A DNA stretch of 32,000 bases from Phycisphaera mikurensis NBRC 102666 (GTDB taxonomy: Bacteria; Planctomycetota; Phycisphaerae; Phycisphaerales; Phycisphaeraceae): positions 3,510,001 through 3,542,000 of the forward strand of contig NC_017080.1 in NCBI RefSeq assembly GCF_000284115.1, read 5' to 3'. This document shows positions 18,800-27,350 of the stretch, in pieces; position 1 is the first letter of the stretch, and the number at the start of each line of letters is the position of its first letter. Position numbers and translations under genes: made by a program. Below the pieces are notes generated by a model. The model ran no database searches and was not told the DNA's origin. It saw only the letters and a list, made by a program, of their open reading frames with translations.

Positions 18800-18977
18800 G
18801 CGTGGGGGGGCCACGTGGGGGGCCAAGATCAGCCCGGTGGAGCCGCGTGGAGCCCCCGCACGCCGCCCCGCGGGCGGGTGCCCCGTGCGGTCTTCTCGCG
18901 TGTAAGTCTCGACGGGACCGGGTGACGCGGCTCGCGACCGGCCCCGCCCCCGGGTGCCGCAGCCATAGGGTGCGGCC

Positions 18978-19952
18978 ATGCAGTTTGATCTTCTGGGCCG
19001 CACCGAACTCTCCGTCTCCCGCCTCGGCTTCGGCTCCGCGCCGGTCGGCTTCCTGGGCACCTCCCAGGGCCAGATCGACAAGGTCGTGGCGACGCTGCTC
19101 GAAGCCGGCGTCAACCTCTTCGACACCGCCGCCTGCTACCCCGGCAGCGAGGAGGCGTTGGGTCACGCGCTCGCGGGCCGTCGCGACGACGTGGTGATCG
19201 TGACCAAGGCCGGGCACCCCTGCGACGACGACGCCCACGGGCACCCGGCCTTCTCGCCGGAGCTGCTCGCCGCCAGCGTGGACCGCTCGCTGGAGCGGCT
19301 GAAGACCGATCACCTCGACGTCGTGCTGCTGCACACCTGCACCCTGGAGCAGCTGGAGGAGGGCTCGGCGTTGGGTGCCCTGCTCGATGCCCGCGATGCC
19401 GGGAAGACCCGCTTCGTGGGCTTTGCCGGCGACAACGAGGCCGCGGCCTTCGCCGCCGCCGACGCGGGGGTCGACGTGCTGGAGGTCTCGGTGAACCTGG
19501 CCGACCAGCACAACCTCGACGCCGTGCTGCCGGCCGCCCGGGAGCACCACAAGGGCGTGATCGCGAAGCGGCCGCTCGCCAACGCCTGCTGGAAGGACCG
19601 CGACGCCCAGCCGGGGATGTACAAGAGCTACGCCGACGCCTACAGCCGCCGGCTCGCGGCGATGGAGGCCGAGGGCCTCTCGCCCGCCGCCCTGGGACAC
19701 TCCGGTCACGTCGAGGTCGAGTGGCCCGACGTCGCCCTGCGATTCACGCTGGCCCACCCCGGCGTGAGCTCGGCGATCATCGGCTCGACCAGCACCGTGC
19801 ACACCGAGATGAACCTCGACGCCGCCCGCAAGAACCCGCTGCGGGAGGAGGCCGTCGAGCGGATCCGGGCGGCTTGGCAAGCGGCTCGCGCAGCACGGCG
19901 GGGCGCGGCGGCGGAGGACGACGAGGGCGACGACTGGAAGGGCCGGACCTGA
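18978..19952 (+). CDS. Aldo/keto reductase
   Basis: 'LLGRTELSVSRLGFGSAPVGFLG', 'AGVNLFDTAACYPGSEEALGHALAGRRDDVVIVTKAG', 'LKTDHLDVVLLH'. Confidence 0.92.
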   Translation: MQFDLLGRTELSVSRLGFGSAPVGFLGTSQGQIDKVVATLLEAGVNLFDTAACYPGSEEALGHALAGRRDDVVIVTKAGHPCDDDAHGHPAFSPELLAASVDRSLERLKTDHLDVVLLHTCTLEQLEEGSALGALLDARDAGKTRFVGFAGDNEAAAFAAADAGVDVLEVSVNLADQHNLDAVLPAAREHHKGVIAKRPLANACWKDRDAQPGMYKSYADAYSRRLAAMEAEGLSPAALGHSGHVEVEWPDVALRFTLAHPGVSSAIIGSTSTVHTEMNLDAARKNPLREEAVERIRAAWQAARAARRGAAAEDDEGDDWKGRT

Positions 19953-20962
19953 GCCGGGCCACGCCTCCTCCCGCCGCGGCGAGCCTCCCGCCCTTCGTCT
20001 ACGACCCGGCGTACGTGACGCCGCTGCCGCCGGGGCACCGCTTCCCGATGCCGAAGTTCGGCCACCTGCACGACCACCTCGCGGCGGTCGGCCTGCTCGG
20101 CCCGGGCAACCTCCACCGGCCCGAGCCCGCGGCGGTCGAGACGCTCGGGCGGGCGCACGACCCGGCGTACGCCGATGCCTTCCTCTCCGGTCGGCTCGAC
20201 CGCGACGCGCTCCGCACGCTCGGCCTGCCGTGGTCCGCGGGCCTCGCGGCCCGGACGGTCACCGCCCTTGGCGGCACCGTGCTCGCCGCCCGCCTCGCGC
20301 TGCGGCACGGCCTCGCCGCCAATCTGGCCGGCGGCACGCACCACGCCCACCGCGGGCACGGGGCCGGCTTCTGCATCTTCAACGACCTCGCCGTCGCCGC
20401 GCTCACGCTGCTCGAGGAAGACGCCGTGGACCAGGTCCTCATCGTCGACCTCGACGTGCACCAGGGGGACGGCACCGCCCGGATCCTGCGCCACGAGCCG
20501 CGGGCGTTCACGCTCTCGGTGCACTGCGCCTCGAACTACCCCGCCCGCAAAGCCCGCAGCGACCTCGACGTCCCGCTGCCGGACGGGCTGGGCGACGCCG
20601 GGTACCTCCGCGTGCTCGGGCACGGCGACGAAGCCTCCGGCTTCCGCGGCCTCGGCTGGCTGCTGGAGCAGGTCGAGCCCGATCTCGTGCTCTACGACGC
20701 CGGGGTCGACGTGCACGCCGACGACAAGCTCGGCCGGCTCGCGATGACCGACGCCGGCCTCCGCGAGCGCGACCGCGCCGTGCTCGAAGCCTGCCGCGGG
20801 CAGGGCGTGCCGGTCGCGTGCGTCATCGGCGGCGGCTACGGCGACGACCGGGTGGCGCTGGCGCAGCGGCACGGCATCCTGCACGAAGAGGTCGCCCGGC
20901 GGTGGCGGGCGGAGCGGGCGCGGGACGCGTCGCGGACCGCGGCGGCCCGGAGCCTCCCGTGA
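19949..20962 (+). CDS. Histone deacetylase-like family protein (start codon uncertain)
   Basis: 'VYDPAYVTPLPPGHRFPMPKF', 'NLAGGTHHAHRGHGAGFCIFNDLAVAA', 'VLIVDLDVHQGDGTA', 'VLYDAGVDVHADDKLG'. No ATG near the start; the boundary is approximate. Confidence 0.85.
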   Translation: MSRATPPPAAASLPPFVYDPAYVTPLPPGHRFPMPKFGHLHDHLAAVGLLGPGNLHRPEPAAVETLGRAHDPAYADAFLSGRLDRDALRTLGLPWSAGLAARTVTALGGTVLAARLALRHGLAANLAGGTHHAHRGHGAGFCIFNDLAVAALTLLEEDAVDQVLIVDLDVHQGDGTARILRHEPRAFTLSVHCASNYPARKARSDLDVPLPDGLGDAGYLRVLGHGDEASGFRGLGWLLEQVEPDLVLYDAGVDVHADDKLGRLAMTDAGLRERDRAVLEACRGQGVPVACVIGGGYGDDRVALAQRHGILHEEVARRWRAERARDASRTAAARSLP

Positions 20963-20975
20963 CCGCGGTCCGCGG
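20930..20975. repeat. IR28 element copy 6, overlapping HDAC-like 3' end / sufE 5' region
   Basis: tCGCGGACC gcggcggcccggagcctcccgtgaccgc GGTCCGCGG; left arm has one mismatch; right arm extends to CCGCGGTCCGCGG. Confidence 0.9.
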
Positions 20976-20991
20976 CTCCTACGTTGCCCGG

Positions 20992-21417
20992 ATGCCCGCC
21001 AAGCCCGAGCCCGACATCGAGGAGATCACGGAGAACTTCGCCTTCTTCGACGATTGGGAGGACCGGTTCAGCTACCTCATCGACCTCGGCAAGAAGCTCC
21101 CGGAGATGCCCGACGCGTTGGTGGACGAGCCGCACCGCGTCCACGGGTGCCAGAGCAGCGTGTGGCTCCACCTCGGCGAGCAGGACGCGGCGGTGGACCT
21201 CTTGGCGAAGTCCGACGCGCACATCGTCAACGGGCTGATCGCGGTGCTCCGCGGCATGTACCAGGCGCGGCCGCTCGCGGAGGTCCCCGGGATCGACGCC
21301 GAGGCGAAGCTCGGGGAGCTGGGGCTGGCCGAGCACCTCTCGCCGACGCGGCGGAACGGGGTGAGCGCCATGGTCAAGCGGATCCGGCAGCTGGCGGAGG
21401 CCCACCAAGGGGCGTGA
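20992..21417 (+). CDS. sufE: SufE family Fe-S sulfur acceptor protein
   Basis: 'ITENFAFFDDWEDRFSYLIDLGKKLPEMPDALVDEPHRVHGCQSSVWL' contains the SufE active-site 'HGCQS'. A GTG start at 20959 is also possible. Confidence 0.93.
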   Translation: MPAKPEPDIEEITENFAFFDDWEDRFSYLIDLGKKLPEMPDALVDEPHRVHGCQSSVWLHLGEQDAAVDLLAKSDAHIVNGLIAVLRGMYQARPLAEVPGIDAEAKLGELGLAEHLSPTRRNGVSAMVKRIRQLAEAHQGA

Positions 21418-21443
21418 TCGCGCGGGCGCGGTAGCGTCGGCGG

Positions 21444-22613
21444 ATGCCCGGCGGGATGCTGCTCTTGACGATGGCGCTCCTGCCGGTCGCGGCGGCGCTG
21501 TCGTGGGGGCTGTGCCGCCTGATGCTGAGGCTCGCGCCGCGGTGGGCGCTCCTGGACGCGCCCGGCAGCGCCGCCCACAAGCCGGCGGGCGTCGCGGTCC
21601 CGAACGTGGGCGGGGTGGCGCTGTTCGGGGCGGTGGCGTTGCCGGTGGCGGCGGCGCTGGCCGCCGCGGGGGCGGCGCCGGCGGAGGCCTGGGCGCGGTG
21701 GGCGCCGGCGGCGGCCGTCCACCTGCCGGGCCTGCGGGCGACGCTGGGCGAGGCCGGTGTGCTGCTCGGCGGGCTGGCCGGGCTGCACGCGCTGGGGCTG
21801 GTGGACGACCGGCGGGCGCTGGGGCCGCTGCCGAAGCTGGCGGCGATGGCGGCGGTCGCGGTCGCGCTGGTGACGCTCGGCGGGACGCGGGCGATGACGC
21901 TGCTCGACGACGCGGTGCCCGGCGGGTTCGGCTGGGCGCTCTCCGCGGGGCTCACCGCGCTCTGGGTGGTCGCGATCGTCAACGCGATGAACTTCCTGGA
22001 CAACATGGACGGCCTCGCGGCCGGGGTCGGTGCCGTGGCCAGCGGGGTCTTCGCCGTCCTGGCCATCGGCAGCGGGCAGTGGTTCGTGGCGGCGCTGTGC
22101 TTCCTGCTGCTCGGCGGGCTGCTCGGCTTCCTGTGGTTCAACCGCCCGCCGGCGCGGCTGTACCTCGGCGACGGCGGCTCGCTCGTGCTCGGCGGCCTGC
22201 TCGCGGTCGTCTCGGTCCGGCTCACCTACGCGGGCCCCGGGCCCGGCGGCGTTGCGCCGCCGCACGCGGTCTTCGTCCCGCTGGTCGTGCTCGCGGTGCC
22301 CCTCTACGACCTCGCCTCGGTGAGCGTGATCCGCCTGCGGGCCGGGGTGTCGCCGATGACCGGCGACCGCAACCACTTCTCGCACCGCCTCATGAGGCTG
22401 GGGCTGCCGCCCGCGGCGGCGGTCGGCGTGGTGTGGCTGGCCACCCTTGCGACGGGGCTCGGCGGGCTGCTGCTGCCGCGGGTGAGCCCCGCCGGCGCCG
22501 CGGTGGTCGTCGCCCAGTGCGCGGCCGTGCTGCTCACGCTGGCGGTGCTGGAGGCGGCGTCGCTGCGGGGCGCCCGCGCGGTCGAGGTGGACGCGCCGCC
22601 CGCCGGCGGCTAG
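21444..22613 (+). CDS. MraY/WecA-family phospho-sugar-1-phosphate transferase
   Basis: Multi-TM; 'KPAGVAVPNVGGVALF', 'NAMNFLDNMDGLAAG', 'LYLGDGGSL', 'DRNHFSHRL'. Confidence 0.93.
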   Translation: MPGGMLLLTMALLPVAAALSWGLCRLMLRLAPRWALLDAPGSAAHKPAGVAVPNVGGVALFGAVALPVAAALAAAGAAPAEAWARWAPAAAVHLPGLRATLGEAGVLLGGLAGLHALGLVDDRRALGPLPKLAAMAAVAVALVTLGGTRAMTLLDDAVPGGFGWALSAGLTALWVVAIVNAMNFLDNMDGLAAGVGAVASGVFAVLAIGSGQWFVAALCFLLLGGLLGFLWFNRPPARLYLGDGGSLVLGGLLAVVSVRLTYAGPGPGGVAPPHAVFVPLVVLAVPLYDLASVSVIRLRAGVSPMTGDRNHFSHRLMRLGLPPAAAVGVVWLATLATGLGGLLLPRVSPAGAAVVVAQCAAVLLTLAVLEAASLRGARAVEVDAPPAGG

Positions 22614-22670
22614 CAATCGGTGGATGGGCCCGGCACGCACGACCGGGCCCGCGACGAAAGGACGACGGCC

Positions 22671-22892
22671 ATGGCCAGCTTCAAAGAAGGCGACAGCGTG
22701 AAGTGGAAGTACGGCAGCAGCCACGGGCACGGCACCGTGAAGAGCGTGTTCGAGGAGAAGACGACCCGCAAGATCAAGGGCAACGAGGTCACCCGTGAGG
22801 GCTCCAAGGACGACCCCGCCCTGTACATCGAGAACGACAAGGACGACAGCGGGAACGTCCTGAAGCTCGCCAGCGAGGTCGAGAAAGACTGA
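22671..22892 (+). CDS. DUF2945 / hypervirulence-associated Tudor-like small protein
   Basis: 73 aa 'MASFKEGDSVKWKYGSSHGHGTVKSVFEEKTTRKIKGNEVTREGSKDDPALYIENDKDDSGNVLKLASEVEKD'. Confidence 0.85.
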   Translation: MASFKEGDSVKWKYGSSHGHGTVKSVFEEKTTRKIKGNEVTREGSKDDPALYIENDKDDSGNVLKLASEVEKD

Positions 22893-22931
22893 GCCGGCAC
22901 TCCCGGTCGCCGGCTTGGCAGACTCTCGGGC

Positions 22932-23990
22932 ATGGCCGAGCCGCTCCACTTCCACCACGCCGACGCGGAGCGTGCCGCCCGGGTGGCGGTGATCGCCGAG
23001 GCGGGCGTCAACCACAACGGCTCGGTCGACGCGGCGCTGCGGCTGGTCGACGCGGCCGCGGATGCGGGCGCGGACGCCGTGAAGTTCCAGCGCTTCGACC
23101 CGGCGACGCTGCTCGCCGCGGGCGCCGGGCTGGCGGACTACCAGGCCGCGGGCGGCGCGGCCGACGCCGCGGGGCTGCTCGGGCCGCTCGTGCTGCCCGG
23201 CGACGCATGGACGCGGCTGGCCGACGCCGCGGCGGCGCGGGGGATCGCGCTGGTCGTCACGCCCTTCAGCCCCGCCGACTGCCGGGCGCTTCGTCCGCTG
23301 GCGACCCGCCTGGCCGCGATGAAGATCGCCAGCCCCGACGCCGTGAACCCCCCGCTCCTGGTGGCGGCGGCGGCGATCGGCCGGCCGCTGATCGTTTCGA
23401 CCGGCGCCGCCGGCCTCGAAGAGCTCGGGCCGGCGGTCGCGGCGGTCCGGGCGGGCGGCCCCGGCTCCGCCCTGCTGCACTGCGTGAGCGCGTACCCCAC
23501 GCCGCCCGACGCCGCCGCGCTCGGCGGCGTCGCCGCCCTGCGGTCCGCCTGCGGCGTCGCCGTCGGCTACTCCGACCACACCGCCGGCGTCGAGACCGGC
23601 GGCTGGGCGGTCGCCGCCGGCGCCTGCGTGCTGGAGAAGCACCTGACGCTCGACCGCTCGGCCCCCGGACCCGATCACGCCGCCTCGCTGGAGCCCGCCG
23701 GCTTTGCCGACTACACCCGGCGGGCGCACGCCGCCGCCGCCGCCGTCGGCCCGCTCGCGAAGTCGCCCTCGCCGCTGGAAGCCGGCGTCGCCGCCGTGGC
23801 GCGTCAGTCCGTCGCCGCCGCCCGCGACCTCCCGGCGGGCACGGTCCTCGCCCGCGAAGACCTGGCCGTCATGCGTCCGGGCACCGGGATCCCGGCGGCG
23901 GAGCTCGGAGCGCTGGCCGGCCGCCGCCTCCGCCACGCCGCGCGGGCGGGGCACCTGCTGCCCCGCGACGCCCTCGATCCGCCGAGTTGA
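22932..23990 (+). CDS. N-acetylneuraminate / pseudaminate synthase family protein (NeuB-like) with SAF-like C-terminus
   Basis: 'VIAEAGVNHNGSVDAALRLVDAAADAGADAVKFQ', 'VGYSDHTAGVE', 'LEKHLTLDRSAPGPDHAASLEP', 'DLPAGTVLAREDLAVMRPGTGI'. Confidence 0.9.
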   Translation: MAEPLHFHHADAERAARVAVIAEAGVNHNGSVDAALRLVDAAADAGADAVKFQRFDPATLLAAGAGLADYQAAGGAADAAGLLGPLVLPGDAWTRLADAAAARGIALVVTPFSPADCRALRPLATRLAAMKIASPDAVNPPLLVAAAAIGRPLIVSTGAAGLEELGPAVAAVRAGGPGSALLHCVSAYPTPPDAAALGGVAALRSACGVAVGYSDHTAGVETGGWAVAAGACVLEKHLTLDRSAPGPDHAASLEPAGFADYTRRAHAAAAAVGPLAKSPSPLEAGVAAVARQSVAAARDLPAGTVLAREDLAVMRPGTGIPAAELGALAGRRLRHAARAGHLLPRDALDPPS

Positions 23991-24003
23991 CCGCCCGGAG
24001 GAT

Positions 24004-24049
24004 CCGCGGACCGACGCCCGCTCCAGCCGAAAAACCCGGCGGTCCGCGG
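24004..24049. repeat. IR28 element copy 7, intergenic downstream of neuB-like gene
   Basis: CCGCGGACC gacgcccgctccagccgaaaaacccggc GGTCCGCGG; both arms perfect. Confidence 0.95.
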
Positions 24050-24127
24050 GTAAACTCCGCCGCCGGCCGGCGTGTGCCCGGCCGCCTGATCCGCCCGCGT
24101 TCCGCAGCCTCCGCGACCCACTCCCCG

Positions 24128-24352
24128 ATGTCCGACTCCGACCCCACCGCCACCTCCTCCGACGACGCCAACCCCCAGCCGGCTTCCGGCTCGGCGAACC
24201 AGTCGCGCGTCACGACCCTCCGCGAGGAGATCCGCTCGATCGACGACAAGCTCAACCTGCCGACGATGGACCTGCAAACGAAGATGGAGCTCAAGGGCCG
24301 CCGGTCGATGCTCGAGCGGCAGGTGAACGACATCGAGAAGAAGAACAAGTAG
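24128..24352 (+). CDS. Small hypothetical protein with predicted coiled-coil C-terminus
   Basis: 74 aa from ATG 24128: 'MSDSDPTATSS...VTTLREEIRSIDDKLNLPTMDLQTKMELKGRRSMLERQVNDIEKKNK'; lower-GC charged composition. Confidence 0.6.
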   Translation: MSDSDPTATSSDDANPQPASGSANQSRVTTLREEIRSIDDKLNLPTMDLQTKMELKGRRSMLERQVNDIEKKNK

Positions 24353-24367
24353 GAGACGCGCGGGGCA

Positions 24368-24841
24368 GGTGGCTCATCCACCCCGTGGATGTCGCGGCGG
24401 ATGCGAGCGGCGGAGGTTGTCGGCCCGGCACGGGGCGCATGGTGCACGGGCTGTTGCTGCTCCGTGCAGCTTCTACATCGACGGAGTCGATGAGCCACCC
24501 GTGGAGGGGCGGACCGAAGCGGCGGAGGTTGTCGGCCCGGTGCGGGGCGCATGGCGCACGGGCTGTTTCTGGCCCGTTCAGCTTCTACATCGACGGAGTC
24601 GATGAGCCACCCGTGGAGGGGCGGACCGAAGCGGCGGAGGTTGTCGGCCCGGTGCGGGGCGCATGGCGCACGGGCTGTTTCTGGCCCGTTCAGCTTCTAC
24701 ATCGACGGAGTCGATGAGCCACCCGTGGAGGGGCGGACCGAAGCGGCGGAGGTTGTCGGCCCGGTGCGGGGCGCATGGCGCATGGGCTGGTTCTGCTCCG
24801 TGCAGCTTCTACATCGACGGAGTCGATGAGCCACCCGTGGG
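24368..24841. repeat. REP/REPIN-like inverted hairpin doublet expanded as a 112-bp tandem array
   Basis: Hairpin start points at 24476, 24588, 24700 and 24812 are exactly 112 bp apart. Units starting 24470 and 24582 read identical; the unit starting 24694 diverges at its 3' end. An inverted, diverged hairpin sits at 24368-24391. Confidence 0.93.
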
Positions 24842-24861
24842 CGCCGCGGGCCGCCGCCGCC

Positions 24862-26340
24862 TCACCGCATCGCCGTCGCCGCTCTCTCGTCGACGCCGTC
24901 GCGGCCGATCAGGATCCGCTCGACCCCCGCGATCCGCGCGTAGTCGTCGAGCATCTCCGGCGTCACGGCCAGGCTGAAAGCCGTGTGGTGCGCTCCGCCG
25001 GCGAGGATCCAGGCGCGGGCGGCGGCGGGCAGGTCGGGGTGCGGGGTCCAGAGCGCCCGCGCGACCGGCAGCCTCGGCAGAGGCTCGGCCGGCGGCTCGC
25101 AGGTGACGGTGTTGACGACGAGGCGGAAGCGGTCGCCCATGTCCACCATCGATGCGTTCGTGGCCTCGCCGGCGGCGGCATCGAAGACCAGCCGCACCGG
25201 GTCGTCCTTGCCGCCGATGCCCAGCGGGTGCGCCTCGCAGCGGGGCCGGCCGGCGGCGATGGACGGGCAGATCTCGAGCATGTGGGCGCCGAGCACCTTG
25301 CCGCCGCCCGCCCCGCTGAAGTCGTAGGTGTAGTCCTCCATGAAGGACGTGCCGCCGGGGAGCCCGTGCCCCATCACCTTCACGGCGCGGACCAGCGCGG
25401 CGTGCTTCCAGTCGCCCTCGGCGCCGAAGCCGTAGCCGTCGGCCATCAGCCGCTGCGACGCGATCCCGGGCAGCTGCCGGAGGCCGTGCAGGTTCTCGAA
25501 GGTGTTGGTGTAGCCGCGGAAGCCACCGTCCTCGAGGAAGCCGCGGATCCCGATCTCGATCGCCGCGGCGTCGCGCAGGCTCTGCGCCCGCTCGCCGCCG
25601 GGACGCAGCGCAGCGTCCACGTCGTACGCGTCGAGGTAAGCCGCGACGAGGCCGTCGACGGCGGCGTCGCCCGCCGCGTCCACCCGCTCGGCCAGCTCGC
25701 CGAGCCCGTAACCATGCACGGCGTAGCCCAGCTTCAGCTGGGCCTCGACCTTGTCGCCCTCGGTCACGGAGACCTCGCGCATGTTGTCGCCGAAGCGGGC
25801 GAACCTCGCCCCCTGCTGGTCGGCCCAGGCCGAGGCGGCCCGGCACCAGGCGCCCACCGAAGCCCGCACCCGGTCGTCCTGCCACGGCCCCACCACCACC
25901 TTCCGCCGCAGCCCGATCCGCGTGCACAGGTGGCCGAACTCCCGCCCGCCGTGCGCCGACTGGTGCAGGTTCATGAAGTCCATGTCGATCGTCGGCCAGG
26001 GCAGGGCCCGGTGGTGCTGCGTGTGCAGGTGCAGCAGCGGCTTGCGGAGCCGGCTCAGCCCGGCGATCCACATCTTCGCCGGGCTGAAGGTGTGCATCCA
26101 CGCGATCAGGCCGATGCAGGCCGCGTCGGCGTCGGCCGCGGCCAGCGTCGCGGTCACCTCCTCGGCGGTGGTCAGCGTCGGCTTGTGCACGACGCGGATC
26201 GGCACCGACTCGGCGGCATCCAGGCCGGCCGCGACCTCGCGGGCGTCGGCCGCCACCTCCGCCAGCGTCTCCTCCCCGTAGAGGTGCTGGCTGCCGGTGA
26301 GGAACCAGATCTCGGAAGCCGTGGTGTCAATCGTGCTCAT
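24862..26340 (-). CDS. araA: L-arabinose isomerase
   Basis: 492 aa: '[17 protein letters not shown]', '[21 protein letters not shown]', '[32 protein letters not shown]', '[15 protein letters not shown]'. Confidence 0.97.
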   Translation of the reverse strand: MSTIDTTASEIWFLTGSQHLYGEETLAEVAADAREVAAGLDAAESVPIRVVHKPTLTTAEEVTATLAAADADAACIGLIAWMHTFSPAKMWIAGLSRLRKPLLHLHTQHHRALPWPTIDMDFMNLHQSAHGGREFGHLCTRIGLRRKVVVGPWQDDRVRASVGAWCRAASAWADQQGARFARFGDNMREVSVTEGDKVEAQLKLGYAVHGYGLGELAERVDAAGDAAVDGLVAAYLDAYDVDAALRPGGERAQSLRDAAAIEIGIRGFLEDGGFRGYTNTFENLHGLRQLPGIASQRLMADGYGFGAEGDWKHAALVRAVKVMGHGLPGGTSFMEDYTYDFSGAGGGKVLGAHMLEICPSIAAGRPRCEAHPLGIGGKDDPVRLVFDAAAGEATNASMVDMGDRFRLVVNTVTCEPPAEPLPRLPVARALWTPHPDLPAAARAWILAGGAHHTAFSLAVTPEMLDDYARIAGVERILIGRDGVDERAATAMR

Positions 26341-26350
26341 GCGGATGTGC

Positions 26351-27073
26351 TCAGGAGGGGGAGGGGGAAGCGGGCTGCCCGTAGTACGCGCCGGCCCCGT
26401 GCTTGCGGTCGTGGTGCTTGTCGAGCACGTGGCGTTCCAGCGGCGGGGCGTCCGGCCGCAGCCGCAGCGTGGCGAGCGCGACCGCCGCGACCGCCTCCAG
26501 CGCGACGGCGTTCTCGACGGACGCCGCCGGCGTGGCGCCCCAGGTGAAGGGCGCGTGGCCGGCGAGCAGCACGGCCGGCGTCGCGACCGGGTCGAGGTCC
26601 GCGAACCGCTCCACGATCGCCTCGCCGGTCGCCGCCTCGTACCCGTCGTCGACCTCGTCGGCGGTCAGCGGCCGGGCGAGCGGAACCGGCCCGTGGAAGT
26701 GGTCGGCGTGGGTCGTGCCCAGGCACGGGACCGGCGTGCGGGCCTGCGCGAAGGCGGTGGCCGAAGCGGAGTGCGTGTGGGTGATGCCGGCGATCCGGCC
26801 GGGGCAGCGCCCGGCGAAGAAGCGGTACAGCCGGGCGTGGGTGGGCGTGTCGGAGGACGGCCGCAGGTCGCCCTCGACCACCCCGCCGTCGAGGTCGACG
26901 ACCACCATCGACGCCGGCGTGAGCTTGCCGTAGGGCACGCCGCTGGGCTTGATCACCAGGAGGCTCGCGTCCGCGTCGAAGCCGCTCACGTTCCCCCACG
27001 TCAGCGTGACCAGCCCCCCCGCCGGGAGCTCGCGGTTGGCCTCGCAGACGGCTTCTCTCAGGTCTTGGAGCAT
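26351..27073 (-). CDS. araD: L-ribulose-5-phosphate 4-epimerase
   Basis: '[33 protein letters not shown]', '[48 protein letters not shown]', '[16 protein letters not shown]'. ATG at 27073. Confidence 0.94.
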   Translation of the reverse strand: MLQDLREAVCEANRELPAGGLVTLTWGNVSGFDADASLLVIKPSGVPYGKLTPASMVVVDLDGGVVEGDLRPSSDTPTHARLYRFFAGRCPGRIAGITHTHSASATAFAQARTPVPCLGTTHADHFHGPVPLARPLTADEVDDGYEAATGEAIVERFADLDPVATPAVLLAGHAPFTWGATPAASVENAVALEAVAAVALATLRLRPDAPPLERHVLDKHHDRKHGAGAYYGQPASPSPS

Positions 27074-27186
27074 CGGAATCAGGCGGGTGAGCGTGCCGGA
27101 ACCCCGAAGATAAAGGCGGACGGTTTGGACCACGCGAGCGTCGGCGGAGCCACCCCGAGCGAGCTTGGGGCACCCCGGACCGGCGG

Positions 27187-27220
27187 CAAAGGAAAGAGGC
27201 CCGCCGTTGCCGGCGGGCCT
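27187..27220 (-). terminator. Rho-independent-like terminator downstream of tRNA-Asn
   Basis: Minus strand AGGCCCGCCG-GCAA-CGGCGGGCCT then CTTTCCTTT: a 10-bp perfect stem with 4-nt loop at 27197-27220. Confidence 0.8.
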
Positions 27221-27230
27221 CGTCCTCATG

Positions 27231-27303
27231 CTCCCCGAGCTGGGCTCGAACCAGCGACCTAGCGATTAACAGTCGCGCGCTCTACCAACTGAGCTATCGG
27301 GGA
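27231..27303 (-). tRNA. tRNA-Asn (anticodon GTT)
   Basis: Minus strand TCCCCGATAGCTCAGTTGGTAGAGCGCGCGACTGTTAATCGCTAGGTCGCTGGTTCGAGCCCAGCTCGGGGAG: full cloverleaf, 73 nt, anticodon GTT. Confidence 0.97.
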
Positions 27304-27350
27304 AAGGCTTTGGCCGGAGAGTTTAGGGAGCCGAAGCCCCGCCCGCAAAT

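Noticed and set aside
18801-18825. CGTGGGGGGGCCA / CGTGGGGGGCCA near-duplicate after the kinase gene
   Set aside because: Only two G-run-rich units; plausible slippage product without further structure.
24369-24829. Short repeated ORFs ('MAHGLF...FYIDGVDEPPVEG...') in the 112-bp array
   Set aside because: Unit length 112 is not divisible by 3, so the frame rotates with each copy and translations differ by frame. Treated as noncoding repeat.
24470-24841. Possible CRISPR array
   Set aside because: Direct repeats are contiguous 112-bp units with no unique spacers and there are no cas genes.
26596-26604. GGTCCGCGA in araD, and similar near-arms at 28770 and 28813 in the GH30-like gene
   Set aside because: Each has a mismatch and none has a left arm at the required 28-nt spacing.
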